Shown piece after piece: positions 1 through 7,740 of a DNA stretch of 64,000 nucleotides. The notes below the pieces were generated by a model, which was not told the DNA's origin, did not search any database, and saw only the letters and a program-made list of their open reading frames with translations. A program made the translations under genes and the position numbers. Position 1 is the first letter of the stretch; the number at the start of each line of letters is the position of its first letter. The stretch lies in the NCBI GenBank assembly GCA_040221055.1, contig JAVJVN010000004.1:269430-333429 (forward strand), given 5' to 3'. This DNA comes from Rhodothermales bacterium (GTDB lineage Bacteria > Bacteroidota > Rhodothermia > Rhodothermales > UBA10348).

Positions 1-841
1 AGCCGTACGTCAGGACCTGCGCCGGACAGTCCGCCACCAGGTCCATGGCGCGGGGGTCGTCGGCATTGACGACGGCCGAGCGATCGGCCCCCAAGCCGTC
101 GAACAGCATCTTCTTGGCTGAAAAATAGGCGTCCTCGGAGCCGTGATAGTCCAGATGGTCGCGCGTCAGGTTCGTGAACACGGCCACGTCCACGTCTTCC
201 ACGCGGAACCGGTGCTGGTGGATGGCGTGGCTCGACGCTTCCATGGAGCAGGCCGTACACCCGGCCTCGCGCATATCCGCCAGCAACCCATACAGGGTCG
301 GCGCCGATGGCGTGGTATGCCGGGCGGCCAGTGTGACCGGCTCTCCACCGTCCGGGCGGGCCACGCGGTACCCCGTCGTTCCCACGAACCCACAGGACGT
401 GCCGAGTCCCGTCAGGGCCTCCGCAATCAGGGTGGCCGTGGTCGTCTTTCCGTTGGTGCCGGTGGTGGCCACCAGCAACAGGTCGGCGCCGGGATTGCCG
501 GTGGCCATCGCGGCCAACTCGGCCAGGGCGGCGCGGGCCTGTCCGCTGCGCACGTGCAGCGTGGCCACCCCTTCCGGAAGCTTGACGACCGGCTTCACGT
601 CCGTCAGATCCGTTTCGTGTACAATGCATCGAGCACCCGACTTCAGGGCCGACCGGATGTGCTTGTGTCCGTCCTCCTTTGTGCCGCGGATGGCCACGAA
701 TGTCGCACCCTCGGTGACCATGCGGCTGTCGTCGGTGGGCATGCCCACCGGGAAGTCGCTCCCGACCGCCGAGCCATCAACCAACAGACCGCAGGCATCC
801 AGCCGCGCGCGGGCGTCGTCATATGTGAGCTGGGTCGTCAT
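1..841 (-). CDS. murE: UDP-N-acetylmuramoyl-L-alanyl-D-glutamate--2,6-diaminopimelate ligase MurE, N-terminal ~280 aa (gene runs off left edge)
   Basis: Absent from the ORF track because it is open at the window edge. Reverse-complement read from ATG at 841 gives MTTQLTYDDARARLDACGLL...GADLLLVATTGTNGKTTTATLIA (Mur-ligase P-loop)...SMEASSHAI...TNLTRDHLDYHG. The start overlaps the ftsI stop (ATGA). Position after ftsI is as expected in a dcw cluster. Confidence 0.85.
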   Translation of the reverse strand, partial: MTTQLTYDDARARLDACGLLVDGSAVGSDFPVGMPTDDSRMVTEGATFVAIRGTKEDGHKHIRSALKSGARCIVHETDLTDVKPVVKLPEGVATLHVRSGQARAALAELAAMATGNPGADLLLVATTGTNGKTTTATLIAEALTGLGTSCGFVGTTGYRVARPDGGEPVTLAARHTTPSAPTLYGLLADMREAGCTACSMEASSHAIHQHRFRVEDVDVAVFTNLTRDHLDYHGSEDAYFSAKKMLFDGLGADRSAVVNADDPRAMDLVADCPAQVLTYG

Positions 842-2928
842 TTCAGTGTCAGCGCCGCCTCCGCCGGCAGGTTCGCACCCGGAGCAGGCCACTGGGCCGA
901 CACGCGGCCCCTTCCCTGGAGCCGCACGGCTACGCCGAGCCGTTCCAGCCACCGGGCCGCGTCGCGCGCACCCAGACCCGTCACGTCCGGCATGACCCGT
1001 TCGATGGGCGGCGCCGAGGTATCTGTCACCAGGCGGACGCGGGTACCGATGTCCACGGGCCGCCGGTCGGAGGTCGATGCCTCACCGACGAAGGCTTCCG
1101 GATGGTCCACATCGCGCGGCCGGTACCCGTTGGCGCGCAGTACGCGCGACGCAACGGCCGCGGGCATGCCCTCTACGCTCGGGGTCGTCGCGACGGTATC
1201 GGCCCGGTGCACCTCTGCCAGCACAGGCTGCGGGGTCAATTCGGGAGACGTGGCCAGCCAGCGCTCCCCGATGGCCCGGAACACGGGTGCCGAGACGGCT
1301 CCGCCATAAATGCTGGACGACGGCTCATCCATGATCACGATCATGGCCACCGTCGGATGGTCCGCGGGGAAGAAACCGGCAAACGTGGCCCGGTAGTCGC
1401 TGCGGGAGTAGGACCCGTTCACATACTTCGACGCGGTCCCGGTTTTTCCGGCCACCCGTACCCCTTCAATCCGGGCCTGCGTGGCGGTCCCCGAATCCAC
1501 CACCGCCTCGAATGCCGGCCGGATGAGTTCGGCGGTCGACCGCTTGAAGGCCCGGCGGACGGAATCCGGATTCGCCTGCCACGTCACATTGCCCAGTACA
1601 TCCCGCCGTTCTTTCACGATGTGCGGCGTGACCAGGACGCCACCGTTCGCCAGCGCCGCGTAGGCTACAAGCATCTGGAGCGGGGTGGACTGGATTTCAT
1701 ACCCGCGACTCATGGCGCTGACCGTCGTTCGGGACCATGCATCGGGACGCTTTATCCGCCCCGACGTCTCGCCCGGCAGGTCTATCCATGTCGGCTGGTC
1801 GAATCCGAAGTCCCGGGCATATCGGTACAGAACCCCTTTATCCATCCGCTCCGCCACCTGCGCCATGCCGATGTTGCTGGACTCCTGGATGACTTCCAGG
1901 AAGGAGACCTTGCCGAGGGCGTGCGTATCGCGAAGTTCGTATCCATACCGGTATTCCGAGCCCGTACCGGTATCCACGGTATCCGTGAGCGCCACCACCC
2001 CACTTTCCAGCGCAGCCACCGAAGCAATCAATTTGAACGTGGAGCCCGGCTCGATCAGATCGTTGATGGCATGGTTGCGGCGCTCGAAGGTATCGAAACG
2101 ACCTGCCTGGTTGGGGTCGTACGTCGGATAGTTGGCCATGGCCAGGATGGCGCCCGTGTGGGGGTCCATGGCAATGGCCACTCCCCAGTTGGCACCCGAC
2201 GAGAGCACCCCCTTTTCCAGCTCCTGCTCCATGATTTCCTGGCGCACCAGGTCGATGGTCAGGTGGATGGATTCCCCGTGCGTCGGCTCCACGACATCCA
2301 GGCGGGTGTCATAGGACAGGTTGCGTCGGCGGTCCTTGCGCAGGGCGCGCCGTCCGGGGGTGCCCGAAAGCCACGAATCGTATTGCATTTCCAGACCGGA
2401 AATACCTTTCAGGTCCGTGTTCACGTGACCCAGCACGTGGGAGGCCGTCGTACCATGGCTGTACTGCCGGGTGAAGGACTCCGTGAGGGAGATGCCCGGC
2501 ACCGTGCGGAGTTCGGCCATGGTCTCGGTCGATGCGACCTTGTTCGTTGCCAGGACCGCGTATTTCGGGCTGGAGCGCTGACGGATGCGCCGCTCCACTT
2601 CACTCCGGTTCATGCCCATCAGGTCCGCAATCCGGCCGATGGCCTGGCTGCGGTTGTCCTGGAACGCCTTGGTGGTGGGATCCACGCCCACCGTATAACG
2701 GCGCACGTTGACGGCCATGTTCCGGCCGGAGGCATCCACAATGCGGCCCCGCATGGCCGGGATCTGCTCGAACGACGTCGATTGGGCCGCCATCCGCTCC
2801 CGCAGTTCAGGGCCCTCGACCACCGATATGCGGGCCACCTGGAAGGCAATCAGTACGGGGAACAGCGCAATCAGCGTGGCCACCACATACATGCGGGCAA
2901 AGATCTGGTCCTTGGGTTGCATGATCAC
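838..2928 (-). CDS. ftsI: Peptidoglycan D,D-transpeptidase FtsI (class B PBP)
   Basis: 696-aa ORF with an N-terminal TM anchor. Transpeptidase motifs SxxK (GSTFK), SxN (SSN) and KTG (AGKTGTA) are present. Two C-terminal PASTA-like repeats. GTG at 2928 overlaps the ftsL stop; an alternative ATG lies at 2922. Confidence 0.9.
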   Translation of the reverse strand: MIMQPKDQIFARMYVVATLIALFPVLIAFQVARISVVEGPELRERMAAQSTSFEQIPAMRGRIVDASGRNMAVNVRRYTVGVDPTTKAFQDNRSQAIGRIADLMGMNRSEVERRIRQRSSPKYAVLATNKVASTETMAELRTVPGISLTESFTRQYSHGTTASHVLGHVNTDLKGISGLEMQYDSWLSGTPGRRALRKDRRRNLSYDTRLDVVEPTHGESIHLTIDLVRQEIMEQELEKGVLSSGANWGVAIAMDPHTGAILAMANYPTYDPNQAGRFDTFERRNHAINDLIEPGSTFKLIASVAALESGVVALTDTVDTGTGSEYRYGYELRDTHALGKVSFLEVIQESSNIGMAQVAERMDKGVLYRYARDFGFDQPTWIDLPGETSGRIKRPDAWSRTTVSAMSRGYEIQSTPLQMLVAYAALANGGVLVTPHIVKERRDVLGNVTWQANPDSVRRAFKRSTAELIRPAFEAVVDSGTATQARIEGVRVAGKTGTASKYVNGSYSRSDYRATFAGFFPADHPTVAMIVIMDEPSSSIYGGAVSAPVFRAIGERWLATSPELTPQPVLAEVHRADTVATTPSVEGMPAAVASRVLRANGYRPRDVDHPEAFVGEASTSDRRPVDIGTRVRLVTDTSAPPIERVMPDVTGLGARDAARWLERLGVAVRLQGRGRVSAQWPAPGANLPAEAALTLK

Positions 2929-3515
2929 CGCACCTCCAGGCGTTCGCCGGTGGGGACGGCTTCGCGAAGGCCCAGGTCACGGGCCCGTTCCCAGATGTCG
3001 TCGTGTCCGGTGACACGGTCAAACTGACCCCGCACGCGGTTGTACTCCAGGTCCAACTCAAGGCGCTGGCGGGACAGGCGCTCCACGTCCTGCACCAGTT
3101 CCTGCGTGGCGTATACATGACCCACGTAAAGCGTGAACACGATGGCCACGGCCAAGACTCCCAAGGCGAACCGGAGCGTGGACAATGACCCGATAAAGGT
3201 GGTTCGCCCGTTCCGTTTGCGGCGCTTGCGAGCATTGTCCTTCTCCAGGGCCGTCCAGGACGGCCCGAACGGGGTATCGCGTTTCGGCGCGCCCTGCGAC
3301 TTCGGCGTGCCCTGCGATTTCGGGGCGACCTTCGGTGTTGCCCTCGATGCAGACTTGGCCCGGGTCTTCGGGGCGGTGTTCGGCGCCTTCGTGGCTGCCG
3401 TCTTGCGCACGACCGATTTCCTGCGGGGCGTAGTCGTCCCGGTCGGGGTGGCAGGGCCACCCTTGACGAAGCGCGTAGCGCGCTTGCTGCCGGTTTTTGT
3501 GCGACGGATCGCCAT
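2925..3515 (-). CDS. ftsL: Cell division protein FtsL-like (single TM plus coiled coil) with a long basic N-terminal tail
   Basis: Sits between rsmH and ftsI. TM segment LRFALGVLAVAIVFTLYVGHVY is followed by the heptad-like QELVQDVERLSRQRLELDLEYNRV. The ATG shares one nt with the rsmH stop (TAATG). The ~105-aa K/R/P/T-rich N-terminus is atypical. Confidence 0.6.
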   Translation of the reverse strand: MAIRRTKTGSKRATRFVKGGPATPTGTTTPRRKSVVRKTAATKAPNTAPKTRAKSASRATPKVAPKSQGTPKSQGAPKRDTPFGPSWTALEKDNARKRRKRNGRTTFIGSLSTLRFALGVLAVAIVFTLYVGHVYATQELVQDVERLSRQRLELDLEYNRVRGQFDRVTGHDDIWERARDLGLREAVPTGERLEVR

Positions 3516-4513
3516 TATGTTCTGTCTTCAGTGCGGCCCGAATCCGGGTCCGCTTCAAATTCCGTGCGCTCGGCCACGCGCAGGCGCGCGCTCCGGGCAC
3601 GGGGATTCCGATCAATCTCTTCGGCATCGGCCACGAGGGCACCGCGGGTGAGCTCGCGCCACGGGGTCAGTCGATTGCCATACAGGTCCCGTCGGACCTC
3701 TCCGTCCAGATGGCCGCTTCGCAGGTACCGCTTGACCCTGCGATCCTCCAGAGAATGGTAGGAGATCACGGCCATGCGACCGTTTGTCCGCGTCCGGTCC
3801 GTAGCGGCGTCCAACACCCGTTCCAATTCGCCCAGTTCATCATTGACGAAAATCCGGATGCCCTGGAATACGCGTGCAAGTGCCTTGCCGACCTTGTGCC
3901 CCGGTACCACCTTGCGCACGATGTCGGCCAATTCCGCCGTCGTTTCCAGTGGACGCTCCCGCACGATGGCAGCCGCCAGGCGCCGTGCCATGGGTTCCTC
4001 GCCGAGCTTGAAGAGGGCCATCGCGATTTCGCGCTCGTCCGCTTCGTTCAGCCATTCGGCGGCCGACATGCCCGTGGTCGGATCCATACGCATGTCCAGT
4101 GGGCCGTCAAACCGATGGCTGAAGCCGCGACGCCCTTCGTCCAGTTGATGCGACGAAACGCCAAGGTCCAACAGGATGCCATCCACACGGTCCAGTCCCA
4201 ATCCACCCAACAACGCCTTCAGGTCCGAAAACGCACCGTGTACCGGTATGAACCGCCCCCGGTCCATCTCGGTCTTCAGGCGCACGCCCGCCTCATGGAG
4301 GGCCTCGGGATCCCGGTCCACGCCCACCACGCGTGCGTTCGCGCCGAGTGCATGCAGCAGGGCTTCCGCGTGCCCACCACCGCCGAGCGTACCGTCCACG
4401 TACGTCCCTTCGACGTCCGTTATGAGGTGATCGATTACAGTATTGCAAAGAACGGGCGCGTGATACTCCGAAGCGTAGTCCGCGTCACGCCCAGGTGGAG
4501 TCTCATGTGCCAT
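3515..4513 (-). CDS. rsmH: 16S rRNA (cytosine1402-N4)-methyltransferase RsmH
   Basis: YHAPVL...VDGTLGGGGHAEALL...GVDRDPEAL...DLGVSSHQLD motifs. Start moved to internal MAHETPPG (ATG 4513), since the track start at 4618 would overlap mraZ. dcw order supports the call. Confidence 0.9.
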   Translation of the reverse strand: MAHETPPGRDADYASEYHAPVLCNTVIDHLITDVEGTYVDGTLGGGGHAEALLHALGANARVVGVDRDPEALHEAGVRLKTEMDRGRFIPVHGAFSDLKALLGGLGLDRVDGILLDLGVSSHQLDEGRRGFSHRFDGPLDMRMDPTTGMSAAEWLNEADEREIAMALFKLGEEPMARRLAAAIVRERPLETTAELADIVRKVVPGHKVGKALARVFQGIRIFVNDELGELERVLDAATDRTRTNGRMAVISYHSLEDRRVKRYLRSGHLDGEVRRDLYGNRLTPWRELTRGALVADAEEIDRNPRARSARLRVAERTEFEADPDSGRTEDRT

Positions 4514-4530
4514 GTCGGGTACCCCACCTG

Positions 4531-4977
4531 TCAACCGGATCCCATGACCCGTTCCGCCAGTTCTTCCGGATCGGTCGGCGACTCCTCCAGATAACGGGCA
4601 AACGCGTCGGGATCCCACAGTTCAATTCGTTCCATGGCGCCGATGATCAGCGCCTTTTCCCCGATCCCGGCATATTCCGCGAGTGCCTTGGGCAGGGATA
4701 CCCGTCCCTGACCGTCCAGTGAGACCTCCTCGGCCCACATGAGGATCATGCGGACCAGGTGCCGGGCTTCCTTCTGATAGGTGTTCAGTGCGGCGAATTG
4801 CTCTTCCCGCACCTTCCATTCATCGAGGGGATACAGGTAGATGCATTTCTCGAAGCCCTTCGTGAGCGTGAACGTCTGGTTCGCTTCCGGGCTCAGGGCA
4901 TTCCTCATCTTGGCCGGAATGGCAACCCGTCCCTTGCTGTCGACGGAGTATTCTGCCTGTCCCTTGAAACGAGCCAT
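4531..4977 (-). CDS. mraZ: Transcriptional regulator MraZ
   Basis: MARFKGQAEYSVDSKGRVAIPAKMR... plus a second SpoVT/AbrB-like half (DGQGRVSLPKAL). About 148 aa from ATG 4977; the track ORF has a spurious 26-aa extension. First gene of the dcw cluster. Confidence 0.9.
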   Translation of the reverse strand: MARFKGQAEYSVDSKGRVAIPAKMRNALSPEANQTFTLTKGFEKCIYLYPLDEWKVREEQFAALNTYQKEARHLVRMILMWAEEVSLDGQGRVSLPKALAEYAGIGEKALIIGAMERIELWDPDAFARYLEESPTDPEELAERVMGSG

Positions 4978-5046
4978 GACGTGGGTGGAAGCGGTGCGGA
5001 AACGGGGGCGGATTCGGGGAGGTGGGGCGCTGCAGAGCATGGGATG

Positions 5047-5065
5047 ATTCCCCACAATTCCCCAC
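5047..5065 (-). promoter_or_regulatory. Candidate MraZ operator: two perfect GTGGGGAAT direct repeats, 10-bp period
   Basis: The plus strand reads ATTCCCCAC-a-ATTCCCCAC (5047-5055, 5057-5065), which is GTGGGGAATtGTGGGGAAT on the mraZ coding strand, 70-88 nt upstream of the mraZ ATG (4977). E. coli MraZ is known to bind TGGGN direct repeats with 10-bp periodicity in its own promoter. Confidence 0.45.
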
Positions 5066-5154
5066 TTTCCTCCAAAGGTACACGTTTCCCGCCGAATGTC
5101 AAGCCATACGGGGTACGGAAACTCTCGTTTTTACCACTTTCAGCCCGCTTTCCC

Positions 5155-5193
5155 GGGTGGTGAGGTGTGGGTAACCTGTGGACGGCGGGTGGA
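5155..5193 (+). promoter_or_regulatory. Four phased GTGG-core direct repeats (10/11/11-bp spacing)
   Basis: GGGTGG (5155), GTGTGGG (5165), CTGTGGA (5176) and GGGTGGA (5187), read on the plus strand in the mraZ/lexA-like divergent intergenic region. Confidence 0.3.
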
Positions 5194-5207
5194 TAATTCC
5201 AATAATA

Positions 5208-5250
5208 GTATTTTTATACGTATTATCCCATGAAACGTGTATATAAATAC
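5208..5250. promoter_or_regulatory. Two GTAT-N4-ATAC palindromes 31 bp apart in an AT-rich divergent promoter region
   Basis: GTATttttATAC (5208-5219) and GTATataaATAC (5239-5250). The ATACGTAT junction at 5216-5223 adds a third half-site. They lie 21-63 nt upstream of the lexA-like ATG. The second also contains a TATAAA -10-like hexamer. Confidence 0.35.
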
Positions 5251-5270
5251 ACCATTCAGACCGACGGTCC

Positions 5271-5981
5271 ATGGTCCCACCCCCGCTACCGCTCACCCGG
5301 CGACAGAAAGACGCCCTGCAGGCTGTGGAAAACCACATCCGTACGCACGGCTGGGCGCCGACGTATGCGGAGTTGGCCGACCTCATCGGGGCCGCTTCCA
5401 CGACGAGTGCCGTCCGGCTGGTGGAACACCTGGAATCCAAGGGCTGGATTGATGTCGAACCCGGTACGGCGCGCGGAATCCGGGTCCTGCAGAGCCTGGA
5501 ACCGGAAAAGGACCAACCGGATGCACGGACAGGCCCCGACGGCGCACCGATTCCCGGGGGAGGGCCGCATACCGGAGCCCGCCGCGTCGACGACGGCGGG
5601 GGGAGCGGTGGGGAAATCGGGTGGGGACGGGTGGTGCAGACGGACGAAGTCTGGATTCCGCATGACCTCGCGCCCGGAGACCTGGAGCTCCACCTGACCC
5701 GCGTGCCCGACAACGGCATGGTGTCGTGCGGCATCCTGATCGGCGACCTGGTGGTCTGGTACGCGGTACCCGTCCCGGACATCCGGACGGGAGACCTGGT
5801 CGTGTGCCCGGTCCATGACCGTCGCACGGTCCGGCGGGCGCGGTGCCTGGGCGATGACATCCTGTTGGTCCCGGACGACGCCCTCTATGCAACCGCCCGC
5901 TACGACGCCACGGCTGGCCCCCTGGGGATTCCCGTGGCCCTGCAACGCACCTGGCCGGACCGGGTCACGATCCGCCGATAA
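5271..5981 (+). CDS. lexA: LexA-family repressor homologue (intact N-terminal wHTH; S24-like C-domain with apparently substituted catalytic residues)
   Basis: The N-terminus LTRRQKDALQAVENHIRTHGWAPTYAELADLIGAASTTSAVRLVEHLESKGWIDVEPGTARGIRVL aligns closely to E. coli LexA 4-69. C-domain RVPDNGMVSCGILIGDLVV and RTVRRARCLGDDILLVPDD align to RVSGMSMKDIGIMDGDLLAV and VTVKRLKKQGNKVELLPEN. Confidence 0.75.
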   Translation: MVPPPLPLTRRQKDALQAVENHIRTHGWAPTYAELADLIGAASTTSAVRLVEHLESKGWIDVEPGTARGIRVLQSLEPEKDQPDARTGPDGAPIPGGGPHTGARRVDDGGGSGGEIGWGRVVQTDEVWIPHDLAPGDLELHLTRVPDNGMVSCGILIGDLVVWYAVPVPDIRTGDLVVCPVHDRRTVRRARCLGDDILLVPDDALYATARYDATAGPLGIPVALQRTWPDRVTIRR

Positions 5982-7674
5982 GCTTCGAAGAAGCGAGGTG
6001 CACTTTCTTTTCCCGGCGTGGCGGTTTCGGTTTGCCCATGGAGCCGGTTTCTTCCGCGAATGCCAGCGCCGCCTTCACGAACGAGGCGAACAACGGATGC
6101 GGCCGTGCCACCGTGCTCTTGTATTCCGGGTGGAACTGCACGCCGATGAACCAGCGCTTCTCGGGCAACTCGACAATCTCCACCAGGTCCCGTGACGGGT
6201 TCACGCCGGAGAGCTGCATGCCGTTCTCGGCCAGTTTGTAGCGCAGCACGTTGTTCAGCTCGTAACGGTGACGGTGGCGCTCCGACACCTCCAGTTCACC
6301 GTAGATTTCGGCAGCCCGGGACCCCGGCGTCAGCGCGCATCGGTAGGCACCCAGGCGCATGGTGCCGCCCTTGTCCGCAATACTCCGTTGTTCTTCCATC
6401 AGGTCGATGACGGGATAATCGGTCCCGGGATTGAATTCCGTGGAGTGCGCATCCTCCCAACCACACACATTGCGGGCGAATTCCACCACCGCACACTGCA
6501 TGCCCAGGCAAATGCCGAAGAACGGAATGTCGCTCTCGCGGGCATACTTGACAGCGGCCAATTTGCCGTCAATGCCCCGCTCGCCGAACCCCGGAGCGAC
6601 CAGGATCCCCGCAATGCCCTCCATGAGTCCGGCCACATTCTCCGGGGTCACCGAATCGGACAGGATTTCCCGGACTTCCACTTGAACACCGGCCCAGGCC
6701 CCGGCCAGGATGAAGCTCTCGCTTATGGACTTGTAGGCATCCTGGTGTTCCACGTACTTGCCGACGAGGGCAATCCGGACCTTTCCCTTGGGCTCCTTGA
6801 GCCGCCGGAGGAACTCCACCCAGTCTTCCATCCGCGGCGCATCCTCGAAGCGCCCCTGGAAGTCCTCGTCCAGGTGGAGGCGCTCGGCCGTGATGGTATC
6901 CAGGCCCTGCTCGCGCATCAACAGGGGCACTTCATAGATGGACTCGGCGTCCTGGCTGGCCACCACGGCGCGGCTGTCCACGTTGCAGAACAGGGCCAGT
7001 TTGCGGCGCACGTCGGCATCCAGCGGCCGGTCCGTCCTGCAGACCAGCACATCGGGTTGCAACCCGAAGGACAACAGCGTCTTGACCGAATGCTGCGTGG
7101 GTTTGGTCTTCACCTCGCCGGCGGCGTCCAGATACGGGACGAGCGTGAGGTGGATGTTCATGGTGTTGCGCGATCCAAGCTCATAGCGCAGCTGGCGGAT
7201 GGCCTCCAGGTAGGGCTGGCCTTCGATGTCGCCAACGGTGCCTCCGATTTCGGTCAGGATGACATCATATTCGCCCGTCTCGCCGAGCTTCTGCATCCAG
7301 TGCTTGATCTCGTCAATGATGTGCGGCACGACCTGCACGGTCTTGCCCAGGTAGGCCCCGGCGCGCTCCTTGTTGATGACCTCCAGGTAGATGCGGCCCG
7401 TCGTGACGTTGTTGGCCTGCGAGGTCGGGACGCCCAGGAACCGCTCGTAGTGCCCCAGGTCCAGGTCGGTTTCCGCGCCGTCGTCCGTGACGTACACCTC
7501 ACCGTGCTCGTACGGGTTCATGGTACCCGGATCCACGTTGATGTAGGGATCGAACTTCTGGATGGTGACACGAAGCCCCCGATCTTCCAGAAGACGACCG
7601 AGAGAGGCACAAATAATGCCTTTTCCAAGTGACGATGTAACGCCACCGGTGACGAAGATGTACTTGGTCTGCAC
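5965..7674 (-). CDS. pyrG: CTP synthase PyrG
   Basis: (V)QTKYIFVTGGVTSSLGKG N-terminus and GATase motif FGICLGMQ. GTG at 7674 chosen because the ATG at 7737 adds a non-conserved 21-aa extension. The 3' end overlaps the convergent lexA-like gene by 17 nt. Confidence 0.92.
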   Translation of the reverse strand: MQTKYIFVTGGVTSSLGKGIICASLGRLLEDRGLRVTIQKFDPYINVDPGTMNPYEHGEVYVTDDGAETDLDLGHYERFLGVPTSQANNVTTGRIYLEVINKERAGAYLGKTVQVVPHIIDEIKHWMQKLGETGEYDVILTEIGGTVGDIEGQPYLEAIRQLRYELGSRNTMNIHLTLVPYLDAAGEVKTKPTQHSVKTLLSFGLQPDVLVCRTDRPLDADVRRKLALFCNVDSRAVVASQDAESIYEVPLLMREQGLDTITAERLHLDEDFQGRFEDAPRMEDWVEFLRRLKEPKGKVRIALVGKYVEHQDAYKSISESFILAGAWAGVQVEVREILSDSVTPENVAGLMEGIAGILVAPGFGERGIDGKLAAVKYARESDIPFFGICLGMQCAVVEFARNVCGWEDAHSTEFNPGTDYPVIDLMEEQRSIADKGGTMRLGAYRCALTPGSRAAEIYGELEVSERHRHRYELNNVLRYKLAENGMQLSGVNPSRDLVEIVELPEKRWFIGVQFHPEYKSTVARPHPLFASFVKAALAFAEETGSMGKPKPPRREKKVHLASSKLIGGS

Positions 7675-7740
7675 GGGACCCGGTGTTTGGATGGAGATGT
7701 GGCGGGGCCTCGGCGAGGGTGCCCGACAAAAATACAACCA

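Noticed and set aside
1102-3027. Very long ORFs antisense to real genes. Examples: 1102..3027 (+, 641 aa, opposite ftsI), 6268..7632, 11698..13623, 16476..17975, 18131..19516, 23318..25021, 30145..31875, 37532..39409, 40317..42329 (670 aa), 51280..53145 and 61681..62751.
   Set aside because: Their translations are Arg/Gly/His/Pro-rich with no recognisable motifs. Each lies opposite a gene with unambiguous conserved motifs. Stop-free antisense frames are an expected artefact of ~65% GC DNA.
5099-5945. Minus-strand ORFs (253, 219 and 169 aa) across the lexA-like gene and the mraZ upstream region.
   Set aside because: They are antisense to a protein with a near-perfect LexA wHTH, and their translations are Arg/Pro-rich low complexity.
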